The notes under the pieces: generated by a model | Told to the model about the DNA's origin: nothing | Database searches by the model: none | Seen by the model: only the letters and a program-made list of their open reading frames with translations | Assembly: GCA_964522415.1 (NCBI GenBank) | Contig: CAZFVQ010000010.1 | Location: forward strand, 7,857 to 71,856 | Direction: 5' to 3' | Source of the DNA: an uncultured Rikenellaceae bacterium | GTDB lineage: Bacteria > Bacteroidota > Bacteroidia > Bacteroidales > VadinHA17 | DNA length: 64,000 bases | Made by a program: the position numbers and the translations under genes | Shown: piece after piece, positions 35,184 through 44,793 of the stretch | How positions within the stretch are numbered: position 1 is the first letter of the stretch | Layout of the letters: the number at the start of each line of letters is the position of its first letter

Positions 35184-37208
35184 ATGATCAGAACTACGAA
35201 ACAACGTATCAGATTATCAGTAATACTTCTCATAGCTTTCAGTGCTGCTGCAGGAGCACAAAAAACTGATTCACTGGCATTCAGCCTCAACACAAGATAC
35301 TCTTTCCACACATTCGAGGAGAATGCCGAAATGATAATTCACGTTCCGCAGGCTTATATTTCAAAGAGGCTTACAGTACTTGTAACCCTGATGAATGGCG
35401 ACACTGTCTGCAAATGGAGCGGACCGGCACGAAACAGAATAGTGAGAATACCCTTTAAACTTATCACTGAGACAGGTTTTCACAGCCTGAAGGCAGAAAT
35501 CCTTGTAGAGGGAAGCTTAACCAGATTTATTGCAAAAACCGAACTTGTGAAACTGGACTATAAGTCCAATGAAGTCAAAACTGACCGCCTGACCGGCGGG
35601 CTGATTGTAAACAGGAGACAATTCTTTCCGGCAGGCTTTTATTGCTATTCCCCCGTCCATTCTACCCTGCCGGAAGAGGAAGCAGTTCGGGGATTCAATA
35701 TGATATCGCCCTACCAGAAGATTCTTCCATCATCATTTCCCGAAAGGAAAGCATATATGGACAGATGTGCGCAACTGGGAATGAAAGTGCATTACAACCT
35801 TCTGTCCGTAGCAGGCGGAGGTGGAGTAGCATCGCAAACGGAAGGAATCACAGCTTCGGAAAAGAAAACCCTGCTGCTGAATGAAATAAAATCATTCCGC
35901 GATCATCCCGCGCTGCTTGCATGGTATATTGCTGATGAACCAAACGGTTACAGGATTCCTCCCGATACAATCAGGGCCATTTATGACCTGATCCGTGAAA
36001 ATGATCCCTGGCATCCCGTATCTGTCGTGTTCATGGCTCCCTTCACCGATGCGCGTAAATATGCCAGTGCTCTCGATATCGTTATGGCAGATCCTTATCC
36101 CATTCCGGTTTCCCCCGTAACAATGCCGGGTAATGTTGCAAAATCCCTTTCAAACGAATTCAGGGCCAGGCGGCCGGTATGGATGGTACCCCAGGCATTC
36201 GGGGGCGGTGAATTATGGCACAGGGAACCAACTGTACAGGAAATCAGGGCAATGACTTACCAGTCAATAATAAATGGCGTAACAGGTATTCAGTATTTCG
36301 TAAGGGAAGGATTGAATCTCTTCCCGAAGTCAACCGCTCTGTGGAATGAATGCGGAAAGATGGCTGTTGAAATCGCCGAAATGACACCCTGGCTCCTTTC
36401 TGATGAGACAACTGTCCCGGTTTCATCAGGTTCGGAAAATATCATGCTTGCATCATTCGTACATAACGGCCGATTGATGATACTTGCCGCCAACAGGCTG
36501 AACAGACCGGTCCGGGCAGATTTTTCGATTTCATCATCCTTTTCAGGCAGGGCCAGAGTCCTCTTTGAAAACAGGTATCTTACACTGAAGGACGGAAAAT
36601 TCAGTGATCATCTTTCCGCACTGGGAACCCAGGTTTACCTCATTAATCATGTTACGCTTAAAGAAAACCTGAAGCCATACAGGGGAAACCTGATAAGGGA
36701 TCCGGGATTCGAGGATATGTCCAGTCCGGGCATTCCTGCATCATGCTATGCCTGGAACAACGGAGACAGGGGTGCAACATTTTTTCTCGACAGCCGTGAA
36801 CATGCCGAGGGATATCATTCCCTCAGGCTTGTCACCCCTGTAAGCAACCGCAGCGCCAGGCTTAGATTCTTTCCTTTCAAAACCAGTCCGGGAAAGACAT
36901 ATTATATTTCAGTTATGGCCAAAGCCGACCCGGAAATAATACCTGACAATTCCGGCACAGGCAACACGGTTTATTTTGAGATTTCCCTTGGAAATTACGG
37001 CACAAGGCGATTTGCCCTGAGTAAGGAATGGAAAGAATATGTGGCAGCAATCACAATTCCCGCCGGAGATAACATTCCTCCGAAAACAAATGTTATTTTG
37101 CAATTACCTTCTGCGGGAGTTGCCTGGTTTGATATGCTCCAGGCAATCGAAGGAGTGGATGTCAACAGAAGCATCAACCCTGAGCTGAAATTTATCCGGG
37201 AATGGTAA
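35184..37208 (+). CDS. Secreted uncharacterised glycoside-hydrolase-like (TIM-barrel, clan GH-A-like) protein with C-terminal CBM4/9-like domain
   Basis: I placed the start at ATG 35184, giving the signal MIRTTKQRIRLSVILLIAFSAAAGAQ. The segment LAWYIADEPNG resembles an acid/base strand. The C-terminal NLIRDPGFED...W...GYHSLRL is typical of CBM_4_9-type modules. The family assignment is uncertain. Confidence 0.5.
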   Translation: MIRTTKQRIRLSVILLIAFSAAAGAQKTDSLAFSLNTRYSFHTFEENAEMIIHVPQAYISKRLTVLVTLMNGDTVCKWSGPARNRIVRIPFKLITETGFHSLKAEILVEGSLTRFIAKTELVKLDYKSNEVKTDRLTGGLIVNRRQFFPAGFYCYSPVHSTLPEEEAVRGFNMISPYQKILPSSFPERKAYMDRCAQLGMKVHYNLLSVAGGGGVASQTEGITASEKKTLLLNEIKSFRDHPALLAWYIADEPNGYRIPPDTIRAIYDLIRENDPWHPVSVVFMAPFTDARKYASALDIVMADPYPIPVSPVTMPGNVAKSLSNEFRARRPVWMVPQAFGGGELWHREPTVQEIRAMTYQSIINGVTGIQYFVREGLNLFPKSTALWNECGKMAVEIAEMTPWLLSDETTVPVSSGSENIMLASFVHNGRLMILAANRLNRPVRADFSISSSFSGRARVLFENRYLTLKDGKFSDHLSALGTQVYLINHVTLKENLKPYRGNLIRDPGFEDMSSPGIPASCYAWNNGDRGATFFLDSREHAEGYHSLRLVTPVSNRSARLRFFPFKTSPGKTYYISVMAKADPEIIPDNSGTGNTVYFEISLGNYGTRRFALSKEWKEYVAAITIPAGDNIPPKTNVILQLPSAGVAWFDMLQAIEGVDVNRSINPELKFIREW

Positions 37209-39918
37209 ATATTGTAAACTCATATTTTCCCGAACCAAGCAGAAGTACCGGGCCCTCCTCTGTTTTTTTCTTAATAATATATTTATTCTTACTTATTTTC
37301 CTGTTATTCTCAAGAATCTCCTCTTCCCCCGGATAAAAAGCTGCCGTACTTCCCGGAGGCAGGGTAAGCCTGTATATCAACCTGTCTCCCTCCCTTTCCC
37401 ATGATGATATAATGGTACCATAAGGTCCGTCGTGCCGTGCTTCAAACTTGTCAAGGCCATGAACAAAATGTGGTTTCAGGATGACATTTTTAAAACCGGG
37501 CTGTTTTTCATCGGGAAATATACCACCCAGCGCCTTGTAGATCCATGCGCTTATCTCACCAAACATGATATGATTCATTGAAATATCCGATTCAGAATTG
37601 ATCGGCCAGTTTTCATACATGGTTGTGGCACCATTGACAATCCACCAGCCCCACGAAGGGAATGTATCCTGTACGGCCAGTCTGAAGGCAATATCGGGAT
37701 ATCCGTTTTCACTCAGGGCATTCAGAATGGATTTTGTTCCCAGTAAACCCACATCCATATGATAGTTGTTCGCCCTGACACTTTCAGCCAGGTTGGAAAC
37801 AACCTTTTCCCTGAGCTCATCAGGTACAATATCCCACATCAGGGGAAAACTCAATTCCGTCTGAAATCCATTTCCGTAAATCCCTTTTTCCCTGTCAAGG
37901 TACTTGTCATTTATCGCATCCTTAATTTTGAGAGCCAGCCTGCTGTATTTTTCATGATCTGCATGATTTCCAAATAATTCTGCTGCCTTTGCAAGAATAC
38001 CTGTATCCACAAAATAATATATTGAAGAGGTCAGCTCCCTGAACGATACCGATTTAACAGGTATCCAGTCGCCAAGCCCCCAGTCGGTAAGTCCTTCCGG
38101 ACTCAGTTCTGTTATGTGGTCGACGTATCTTTTTATATTGTCATAGCACAGGCGTAACAAATAAGGATCTCCGTAAAACAAATAAATATTCCAGGGTATC
38201 AGGGCTATGGTACTGGTCCAGTCAGGCCCGTTTGCCCAGTGGTAGCCCCAGCCGCTGCTTGGTATAATCGCAGGCAGTACCCCATTGGGTTGCTGTTCAT
38301 CCAGATGGTCGTTCATCCATTTTTCATATACAGTTATACCGTCGAAATTGTATAAACCTGTTTCAATTGCAATATGTGCATCACCGGTCCAGCCATTTTT
38401 CTCCCTCTGGGGACAATCCGTCGGATAACCGTAAAGATTGGAGAGATACGAATTGTTTGCTGCCTCCCATATCCTGTTCAGCAGTGTATCCGAGGAACTG
38501 ACCTGCCCGGCAGGCGGAACATCGCTGTGCATGAAGAATGCTGAAAGACTGTTTTCGTTTATCACAACAGCCTTGTCAGATGTGACTTCAACATACTGAA
38601 AGCCTTTATAGTTGAATCGTGGCATAAAGATCTCCTCCCCCTTCCCTGCAAGAATGAATACATCAGTCTGAAAAGGATCACTGTTATCCGCCGGGCGATA
38701 ATGAACGTCAATATTCGACTGGTCAACGCGTCCGTCAGGCTTCAGCCTTTCCCCGTGCTTAAGCCTGATCACCGACCCGGGACTGCCGCTTATCCTCAAA
38801 CGAGTGACACCGGCAATATTTCTTCCAAAATCAAATACCCATGTATTATTGTTTATCTTATCAAGCCTTTTTGCATGCAATTCAGTTTCAGCCCTTATAG
38901 GATGCATAGCCTGGGCTGTGATATTCTGTGACGGAGCCGGTACATTTACCGGGTTCTGCCAGTCTGAGTCATCATAGCCGGGTAAATCCCAGCCTTCCTT
39001 TTCCAGTCTTGCGTCATAATGTTCCGCAGTATAAATACTATTGAAAATCACGGGACTGAGAGCAGTTTTCCAGTCTGTTCCACTGGGAATTATCATCCGG
39101 GAGCCATCCTGAAGGCATATGTGAATATCCATACAAAACCCGGGTCTTGCACGCCATGGAGCTTCATGGAAAAACCATACCGCCGTTGACTGGTGATTAT
39201 ACCAGCCGTTGCCAAGAAGTACCCCTGCTGCGTTTTCCCCTTCCTTAAGCAGGCTGGTAATATCATGGCTGACGTACAGATTGCGCCTGTCAAAACGTGT
39301 ATAGGCAGGATCCAGAAAATGATCCCCTGCCCTGACTCCGTTCACCGACAGCTCATACAGACCTGCCGCCGCTATATATGCACGGGCAGACTTTATCCTT
39401 CCCGGAATAACAAATGATTTCCTGAAATATGCCGCAGGCTTCAGATGAATATCCCTCGAATCACTTATCCAGCTTCCCCTCCAGTTACCCGGCTCCATCA
39501 TTCCTGTTTCAAATGAAGCAGTTTCCGAAATTTTTGAAAACCTGCCACTCTCATCCCTTATCCTTACACTCCAGAAATACTTTCTCAACGGCTCAAGACT
39601 CCCGCCATCGTATACAGCCAGATTCAATTCCGAGTTCCTGATTCCGGAATCCCATATATCTCCCCTGCCTCCGGCCACCTCTGAAGAATCACAGCCCAGA
39701 AATATCCGGTAGGATTTCTGCTTCACACCCATTCTGCCGGCTTCGATCTGCCAGGTGAACCTTGGCGACTTACTGTCTATTCCCAGCGGATTAACAAGAT
39801 GCTCGCACCTGAGGTTAATTGTGACAAGCTCTTTGTCAATAACGGAACATGCCACCGATAAAACTGCCATAAGAATCAGTAAGCCGGATAATTTTCCAAT
39901 TAAAATTGCAAGTCTCAT
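37192..39918 (-). CDS. GH78 alpha-L-rhamnosidase
   Basis: 908 aa. The N-terminal signature is NLRCEHLVNPLGIDSKSPRFTWQ. Size and overall pattern fit bacterial rhamnosidases. Confidence 0.88.
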   Translation of the reverse strand: MRLAILIGKLSGLLILMAVLSVACSVIDKELVTINLRCEHLVNPLGIDSKSPRFTWQIEAGRMGVKQKSYRIFLGCDSSEVAGGRGDIWDSGIRNSELNLAVYDGGSLEPLRKYFWSVRIRDESGRFSKISETASFETGMMEPGNWRGSWISDSRDIHLKPAAYFRKSFVIPGRIKSARAYIAAAGLYELSVNGVRAGDHFLDPAYTRFDRRNLYVSHDITSLLKEGENAAGVLLGNGWYNHQSTAVWFFHEAPWRARPGFCMDIHICLQDGSRMIIPSGTDWKTALSPVIFNSIYTAEHYDARLEKEGWDLPGYDDSDWQNPVNVPAPSQNITAQAMHPIRAETELHAKRLDKINNNTWVFDFGRNIAGVTRLRISGSPGSVIRLKHGERLKPDGRVDQSNIDVHYRPADNSDPFQTDVFILAGKGEEIFMPRFNYKGFQYVEVTSDKAVVINENSLSAFFMHSDVPPAGQVSSSDTLLNRIWEAANNSYLSNLYGYPTDCPQREKNGWTGDAHIAIETGLYNFDGITVYEKWMNDHLDEQQPNGVLPAIIPSSGWGYHWANGPDWTSTIALIPWNIYLFYGDPYLLRLCYDNIKRYVDHITELSPEGLTDWGLGDWIPVKSVSFRELTSSIYYFVDTGILAKAAELFGNHADHEKYSRLALKIKDAINDKYLDREKGIYGNGFQTELSFPLMWDIVPDELREKVVSNLAESVRANNYHMDVGLLGTKSILNALSENGYPDIAFRLAVQDTFPSWGWWIVNGATTMYENWPINSESDISMNHIMFGEISAWIYKALGGIFPDEKQPGFKNVILKPHFVHGLDKFEARHDGPYGTIISSWEREGDRLIYRLTLPPGSTAAFYPGEEEILENNRKISKNKYIIKKKTEEGPVLLLGSGKYEFTIFTIPG

Positions 39919-39968
39919 GAAACTATATATTAAGGATTATTAATACCAAAAGAACATGCGCATCAGGA

Positions 39969-40009
39969 GTCCCTGCAACTGCAGCAGAAGTCCGTGCAGC
40001 AGCAGGGAC
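39969..40009 (-). terminator. GC-rich extended hairpin downstream of the aminopeptidase gene (terminator-like, atypical)
   Basis: gtccctgc (39969-39976) pairs with gcagggac (40002-40009), and the stem is extendable through CTGCAGCAG-type repeats. On the minus strand the nearest T-run is about 15 nt beyond the stem, so this is not a canonical intrinsic terminator. Confidence 0.3.
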
Positions 40010-40024
40010 ACAGGCTGCAGCAGA

Positions 40025-41794
40025 TCACAATTTTTCTGTTTTTTCCCTGAGCCATTTTTTTTCATCATCTCTCAGCCAGGGACTCAGTTTTTCAAATACC
40101 CCGGCATGATAGCGATTAAGCCAGGTGATCTCTTCATTTTCCAGCACAGATTTATCGATCAGTGCTTTATCTATATAGCAAAGGGAAAGCGTCTCAAACC
40201 TGAGGAATCTGCCGAATTCTGTCTCCTGATCTTCGCAACAGAGCATCAGGTTTTCAGTACGTATTCCATACTCTCCTTTCCTGTAAAGAGCAGGTTCATT
40301 GGATATTATCATACCTGCTTCCAGGGCTGTCCTGCCGGGTGAAGGACTGATACTGTGAGGACCTTCATGGACATTCAGGCAGTAACCCACTCCATGGCCG
40401 GTACCATGACCATAATCCATTCCGGCCTGCCACAGGGCTTCCCGTGCCAGAATATCCAGCTGGTAACCTTTTGTGCCGGCCGGAAATTTCGAAACTGCCA
40501 GACGTATATGGCCTTTCAGCACCAGGGTGAAATCCCGCTTCTGACCGGCTGTCGGCGTACCAAGACAGATTGTCCTTGTAATATCTGTTGTTCCGCCCAG
40601 GTAATGACCTCCTGAATCAAGCAGAAGAATCCCCTGCTCCGTAATCCGGGTATCAGTATCAGGCGCCGGAGTATAATGAGGCAGCGAAGCATGATCGTTG
40701 AAGGCAACTATGGCTGCAAATGAAGAGCCCAGAAAACCGTCCTGCGCCGATCGCATTTCTTCCAGCATGGTGGCCAGCGACATTTCAGTCATATGCAGGA
40801 TTCCGAAATTATTCTCAAGGTAATAAAAAAACCTTGCCAGGGCAAGGCCGTCCTTTATCATTGTTTCAGAAATATTCCTTATTTCCGTTTCGTTCTTTCT
40901 TGCCTTCAGCAAAGACGGAATACTCTCATCTTCAATAACATGACTGAATTCACCTATTGAATTACAGATAGTTACAGAAAGCCCGGCAGGATTGGCAAGG
41001 ATGAACGATTTCTTATTAAAAGATTCCAGTATTTTTGTAAAATCTTCATACGGATATATTACAACTCCGGAGAGAACCAGTTCTGCTGCAATATTTTGCG
41101 GCAGGCGGCTCTGATCAACGAAGAAATAAACCCTGTCCCGGGCAATTATGGCAAATGATAAAGCCACCGGACTGTACATAAGATCATTGCCTCTCAGATT
41201 TAAAAGCCACATGATATCATCGGGAGAGGCAAGGAGTTGAAGACTGATATTTCTTCGTTTCATAATTTTTCTCACCAGGGCAATTTTGGCAGAACGCTCC
41301 ATGCCTGAGTAATCAGGCGGATGTGTCCATATTACCGAAGAAGGCATTCCCGGCCTGTCTGTCCATATTCCGCCAATCAGGTCAGCATCATCAATAAAAT
41401 TTATATCTTTATATTCCAATCTCTTACATAGTCTCCTGTAAAAAACCATGGAAACTATGCGACCGTCAAATCCCACTGTGCTTTTTTCGGGTATCAGTTC
41501 CTCAAGCCAGTCAATTGAATTTCTATCACGAAACAAGGAAGATCTGACAAGGCCGAAGCCTGACCCTGCAAGTTCATTTTCTGCCTGGATAAGATAACGG
41601 GAATCGGTCCACAGTTCTGCAATGTCTGCCGTGACAACCAGGATGCCGGCTGATCCGCTGAAACCGGTAAGCCATCTGACAATATTCCAGTGACCGGGAA
41701 CATATTCCTGCAGATGATTGTCGGCAAGAGGAATAATATACACATTGATACCTGCCCGGGTCAGGGCAAGGCGAAGGGCAGAAAGTTTATTCAC
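40025..41794 (-). CDS. Xaa-Pro aminopeptidase (M24B, aminopeptidase P family) with creatinase-like N-domains
   Basis: 589 aa with the metal-ligand motifs HGTGHGVG and SNEPALY. The GTG start forms a GTGA overlap with the pntB stop. Confidence 0.85.
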   Translation of the reverse strand: MNKLSALRLALTRAGINVYIIPLADNHLQEYVPGHWNIVRWLTGFSGSAGILVVTADIAELWTDSRYLIQAENELAGSGFGLVRSSLFRDRNSIDWLEELIPEKSTVGFDGRIVSMVFYRRLCKRLEYKDINFIDDADLIGGIWTDRPGMPSSVIWTHPPDYSGMERSAKIALVRKIMKRRNISLQLLASPDDIMWLLNLRGNDLMYSPVALSFAIIARDRVYFFVDQSRLPQNIAAELVLSGVVIYPYEDFTKILESFNKKSFILANPAGLSVTICNSIGEFSHVIEDESIPSLLKARKNETEIRNISETMIKDGLALARFFYYLENNFGILHMTEMSLATMLEEMRSAQDGFLGSSFAAIVAFNDHASLPHYTPAPDTDTRITEQGILLLDSGGHYLGGTTDITRTICLGTPTAGQKRDFTLVLKGHIRLAVSKFPAGTKGYQLDILAREALWQAGMDYGHGTGHGVGYCLNVHEGPHSISPSPGRTALEAGMIISNEPALYRKGEYGIRTENLMLCCEDQETEFGRFLRFETLSLCYIDKALIDKSVLENEEITWLNRYHAGVFEKLSPWLRDDEKKWLREKTEKL

Positions 41795-43227
41795 AGATTT
41801 TTTATTTCATTGACCAGGTTCTGAAGACTGGTTTTTGCATCTCCGAAAAGCATTCTGGTTTTATCATCAAAGAAAAGGAGGTTTTCTATTGCTGCATAAC
41901 CCTTTCCCATTCCGCGTTTCAACACGATAATATTCCTGGCATCCCTGGCTCTGACAATAGGCATCCCGTAAACAGGGCTTGAAGGATCATCTTCAGCAGC
42001 AGGATTAACCACATCGTTGGCACCGATTACCATCACCACATCCGTGGCGGGCAGTTCAGGATTGATCTCATCACTTTCAATAAGCTGTTCATAAGGCACA
42101 TCAGCCTCAGCCATAAGCACATTCATATGTCCGGGCATACGCCCGGCCACGGGATGTATGGCATATTTCACCTCCACTCCCTTCTGATCCAAAAGCTTGT
42201 CAAGTTCGTGGCAGCTATGTTGCGCCTGTGCAACCGCCAGTCCGTAACCCGGAACTATAACGACTTTTTTCGAATAACTGAGAAGTACGGCTGCATCTGA
42301 AAGTGTAATTTCCCTTACCGTACCCTCCGTCTCGATACCTGCCTGCCCTCCTCCTCCGAAGACCCCGACAATAACATTCAGCAGGGACCTGTTCATTGCC
42401 CTGCACATCAGAATGGTAAGTATTGTTCCTGCCGATCCGACAAGAATACCCCCGGTCAGCATTGACTGGTTATTGTAGAGGAATCCTCCCATAGCTGCAG
42501 CAATACCGGTAAATGAATTGAGAAGGGATATGACAACCGGCATGTCGGCACCTCCGATAGGCATGACAAAAAGCACTCCGTAAACAAGGGCAACGGCAAA
42601 TATTATATAGATCCAGTGAGTCAGTTCCGATGCATGCTGAACATTCCTGGTCATTACATAGATTACCATTCCTGTAATTAACAGCAATATTCCCAGATTG
42701 ACATATTTCATTGACTTTACCCTCAGATCACCTATCCATCCGTCAAGTTTTCCGAATGCGATCATACTTCCGGCAAAAGAAACCGTACCTATCACAAGTC
42801 CGAGAAGAATAGCAAGGACATGTCCGTTAGCCATGCCCTGAGCAGCAATCAGGTCACTGTGAACATGTGGAAATTCCATCATGGAAATAAGGGCAGCAGC
42901 ACCTCCTCCCATTCCGTTGAAAAGAGATACCAGCTGGGGCATTGCAGTCATTTTCACCTTCACGGCTATGATCCAGCCAATAATCGTTCCCGTAACAATT
43001 GCAGCAATGATCCAGGGAATATTTCCTATCGCTTCGCCGTCTTTTTGATGAAAAAGAATCGTTGCAATAATTGCAAGACACATTCCTGTGGCTGCAAGCA
43101 TATTTCCCCTACGTGCAGTAAGGGGATGGCTCAGCATCTTCAAACCCAGTATAAAGAGAACAGAAGAAACAACATAAATGATCTCCAGTATTGAGATACC
43201 ATAGGGAAACATGGTTAATTCATTCAT
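41791..43227 (-). CDS. pntB: NAD(P) transhydrogenase subunit beta
   Basis: 478 aa with multiple TM helices and a C-terminal dIII domain containing PGYGLAVAQAQH and GANDVVNPAA. Confidence 0.92.
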   Translation of the reverse strand: MNELTMFPYGISILEIIYVVSSVLFILGLKMLSHPLTARRGNMLAATGMCLAIIATILFHQKDGEAIGNIPWIIAAIVTGTIIGWIIAVKVKMTAMPQLVSLFNGMGGGAAALISMMEFPHVHSDLIAAQGMANGHVLAILLGLVIGTVSFAGSMIAFGKLDGWIGDLRVKSMKYVNLGILLLITGMVIYVMTRNVQHASELTHWIYIIFAVALVYGVLFVMPIGGADMPVVISLLNSFTGIAAAMGGFLYNNQSMLTGGILVGSAGTILTILMCRAMNRSLLNVIVGVFGGGGQAGIETEGTVREITLSDAAVLLSYSKKVVIVPGYGLAVAQAQHSCHELDKLLDQKGVEVKYAIHPVAGRMPGHMNVLMAEADVPYEQLIESDEINPELPATDVVMVIGANDVVNPAAEDDPSSPVYGMPIVRARDARNIIVLKRGMGKGYAAIENLLFFDDKTRMLFGDAKTSLQNLVNEIKNL

Positions 43228-43257
43228 TCCGCCGGGGTTTATAGTTTTCAGAAAAGC

Positions 43258-43560
43258 TTATTTCTTCTTTTTAAACATTTCCAGCATTCTGTCGGTTACC
43301 ACAAATCCGCCGACAACGTTCAGGGTGCCAAGCACAACAGCCAGAAATCCAAGTATCATGGATCCGATAGTATCAGCATGTCCCATTACAATGATGGCCC
43401 CGATTATGACGACCCCGTGAATAGCATTAGCCCCTGACATAAGCGGAGTATGAAGGATTGCGGGGACATGGCTTATTACTTCTATTCCCAAAAAAACAGA
43501 AAGGATTACAATGAAAATTGCTTCCCTGTGCTGTAAGAAGAAACCCAGTACATTTTCCAT
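43258..43560 (-). CDS. pntA: NAD(P) transhydrogenase subunit alpha, membrane part (PntAB)
   Basis: 100 aa with 3 TM helices (...HTPLMSGANAIHGVVIIGAI...). It sits between pntAA and pntB. Confidence 0.85.
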   Translation of the reverse strand: MENVLGFFLQHREAIFIVILSVFLGIEVISHVPAILHTPLMSGANAIHGVVIIGAIIVMGHADTIGSMILGFLAVVLGTLNVVGGFVVTDRMLEMFKKKK

Positions 43561-43568
43561 ATATTAAC

Positions 43569-44699
43569 CTATTTGATATTTAACAGTTGCCTGGCTCTGT
43601 CACTTACATATTCACCTGCATGAACAGCAGTGGTTCCCCGGATGATTTCATTCTCCATATCAAGCATCAGATTACCGTCCTTGTCAAGTAATATTTTCAT
43701 CAGATTGACAATATTGTTTCCGAACATCTTGCTGGCATCAGCCGGCATACCGGAAGGATAATCGGATTTTCCGACTATTTCGACACCATTTACTCTGATT
43801 GTTTTCCCGTTTTCTGTTAGTTCACAATTTCCTCCTGATGAAGCTGCAAGGTCAATGATCACCGATCCGGGTTTCATGGAAGTAACCGTTTCCCCGGACA
43901 GCAACAGTGGTGCCCTTTTACCTGGTATCAGTGCACTTGCAATGACAACATCCGCTGCAATTGCACGTTGCTGAATAAGTTCCTGCTGTTTTGCCTGAAA
44001 TTCCTCTGTCTGCTCAACGGCATAACCTCCGGCTGATTCGTCTTCTGTTGCACCTTCCACTTCAACAAATCTTCCGCCGAGACTCTCCACCTCTTCCCTG
44101 ACTGCAGATCTGACGTCAAAAACTTCAACAACCGCACCCAGTTTTCTTGCAATGGCCAAAGCCTGCAGCCCTGCCACTCCGGCACCGAGAATCAGCATTC
44201 TGGCCGGCCTGATTGTACCGGCAGCCGACATGAACATGGGGAAAAACGCAGGCAGGCGGTTTGCTGCATCAAGAACAGCCTTGTAGCCCGATACCGTTGC
44301 CATCGATGAAAGGATGTCCATGGCCTGCGCCCGGGTAGTCCGTGGAATGATATCCAGAGCCAGTACAGTCAGTCCCGCCGACCTGGCCTTCCCGAGCCAT
44401 TCACTGCTTTCAGCCACATTGACAACCGAACAGAGAACCTGTCCCTTACGACACAGATTCAGGTCATTCAGGGGAACGGAATTGACGGAAAGAAGAAGAT
44501 CTGACCTGGAAAAAACCTCCTGCCTGGAAAATGAAGGAACTTCAACTTTTAAATATTCCTCATCAGCCGAAAAGGCATTAATACCGGCATTTTTTTCTAT
44601 AATTACTTCAGATCCAAGTTTTTTTAGGAGAGATGCTTCGCCCGGGAGCATTGCTACTCTTTTTTCACCGGCTGACTCCCTGAGTATCCCTGTAATCAT
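43569..44699 (-). CDS. pntA: NAD(P) transhydrogenase subunit alpha, soluble dI part (PntAA; alanine-dehydrogenase-like)
   Basis: 376 aa with the Rossmann motif MLILGAGVAGLQALA. The AlaDH/PNT family pattern is present. Confidence 0.9.
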   Translation of the reverse strand: MITGILRESAGEKRVAMLPGEASLLKKLGSEVIIEKNAGINAFSADEEYLKVEVPSFSRQEVFSRSDLLLSVNSVPLNDLNLCRKGQVLCSVVNVAESSEWLGKARSAGLTVLALDIIPRTTRAQAMDILSSMATVSGYKAVLDAANRLPAFFPMFMSAAGTIRPARMLILGAGVAGLQALAIARKLGAVVEVFDVRSAVREEVESLGGRFVEVEGATEDESAGGYAVEQTEEFQAKQQELIQQRAIAADVVIASALIPGKRAPLLLSGETVTSMKPGSVIIDLAASSGGNCELTENGKTIRVNGVEIVGKSDYPSGMPADASKMFGNNIVNLMKILLDKDGNLMLDMENEIIRGTTAVHAGEYVSDRARQLLNIK

Positions 44700-44793
44700 A
44701 TTTACTGGATTAATTTCTGCTCCAATATAATAAACTTAAACATAAAATGATGCTGATTTATTAAGGGACAGTGGTTTTTTAACTGCCGGGTCA

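Noticed and set aside
37192-37208. The 17-bp overlap of the convergent 3' ends of the GH-like gene and GH78 as a regulatory feature
   Set aside because: Short tail-to-tail overlaps are common in compact genomes. I saw no hairpin or other signal there.
39956-40342. 128-aa plus-strand ORF spanning the GC-rich hairpin and the 3' end of the aminopeptidase gene
   Set aside because: It is mostly antisense to the well-supported M24B gene. Its N-terminus is a Cys/Ser/Arg translation of the CTGCAG repeats.
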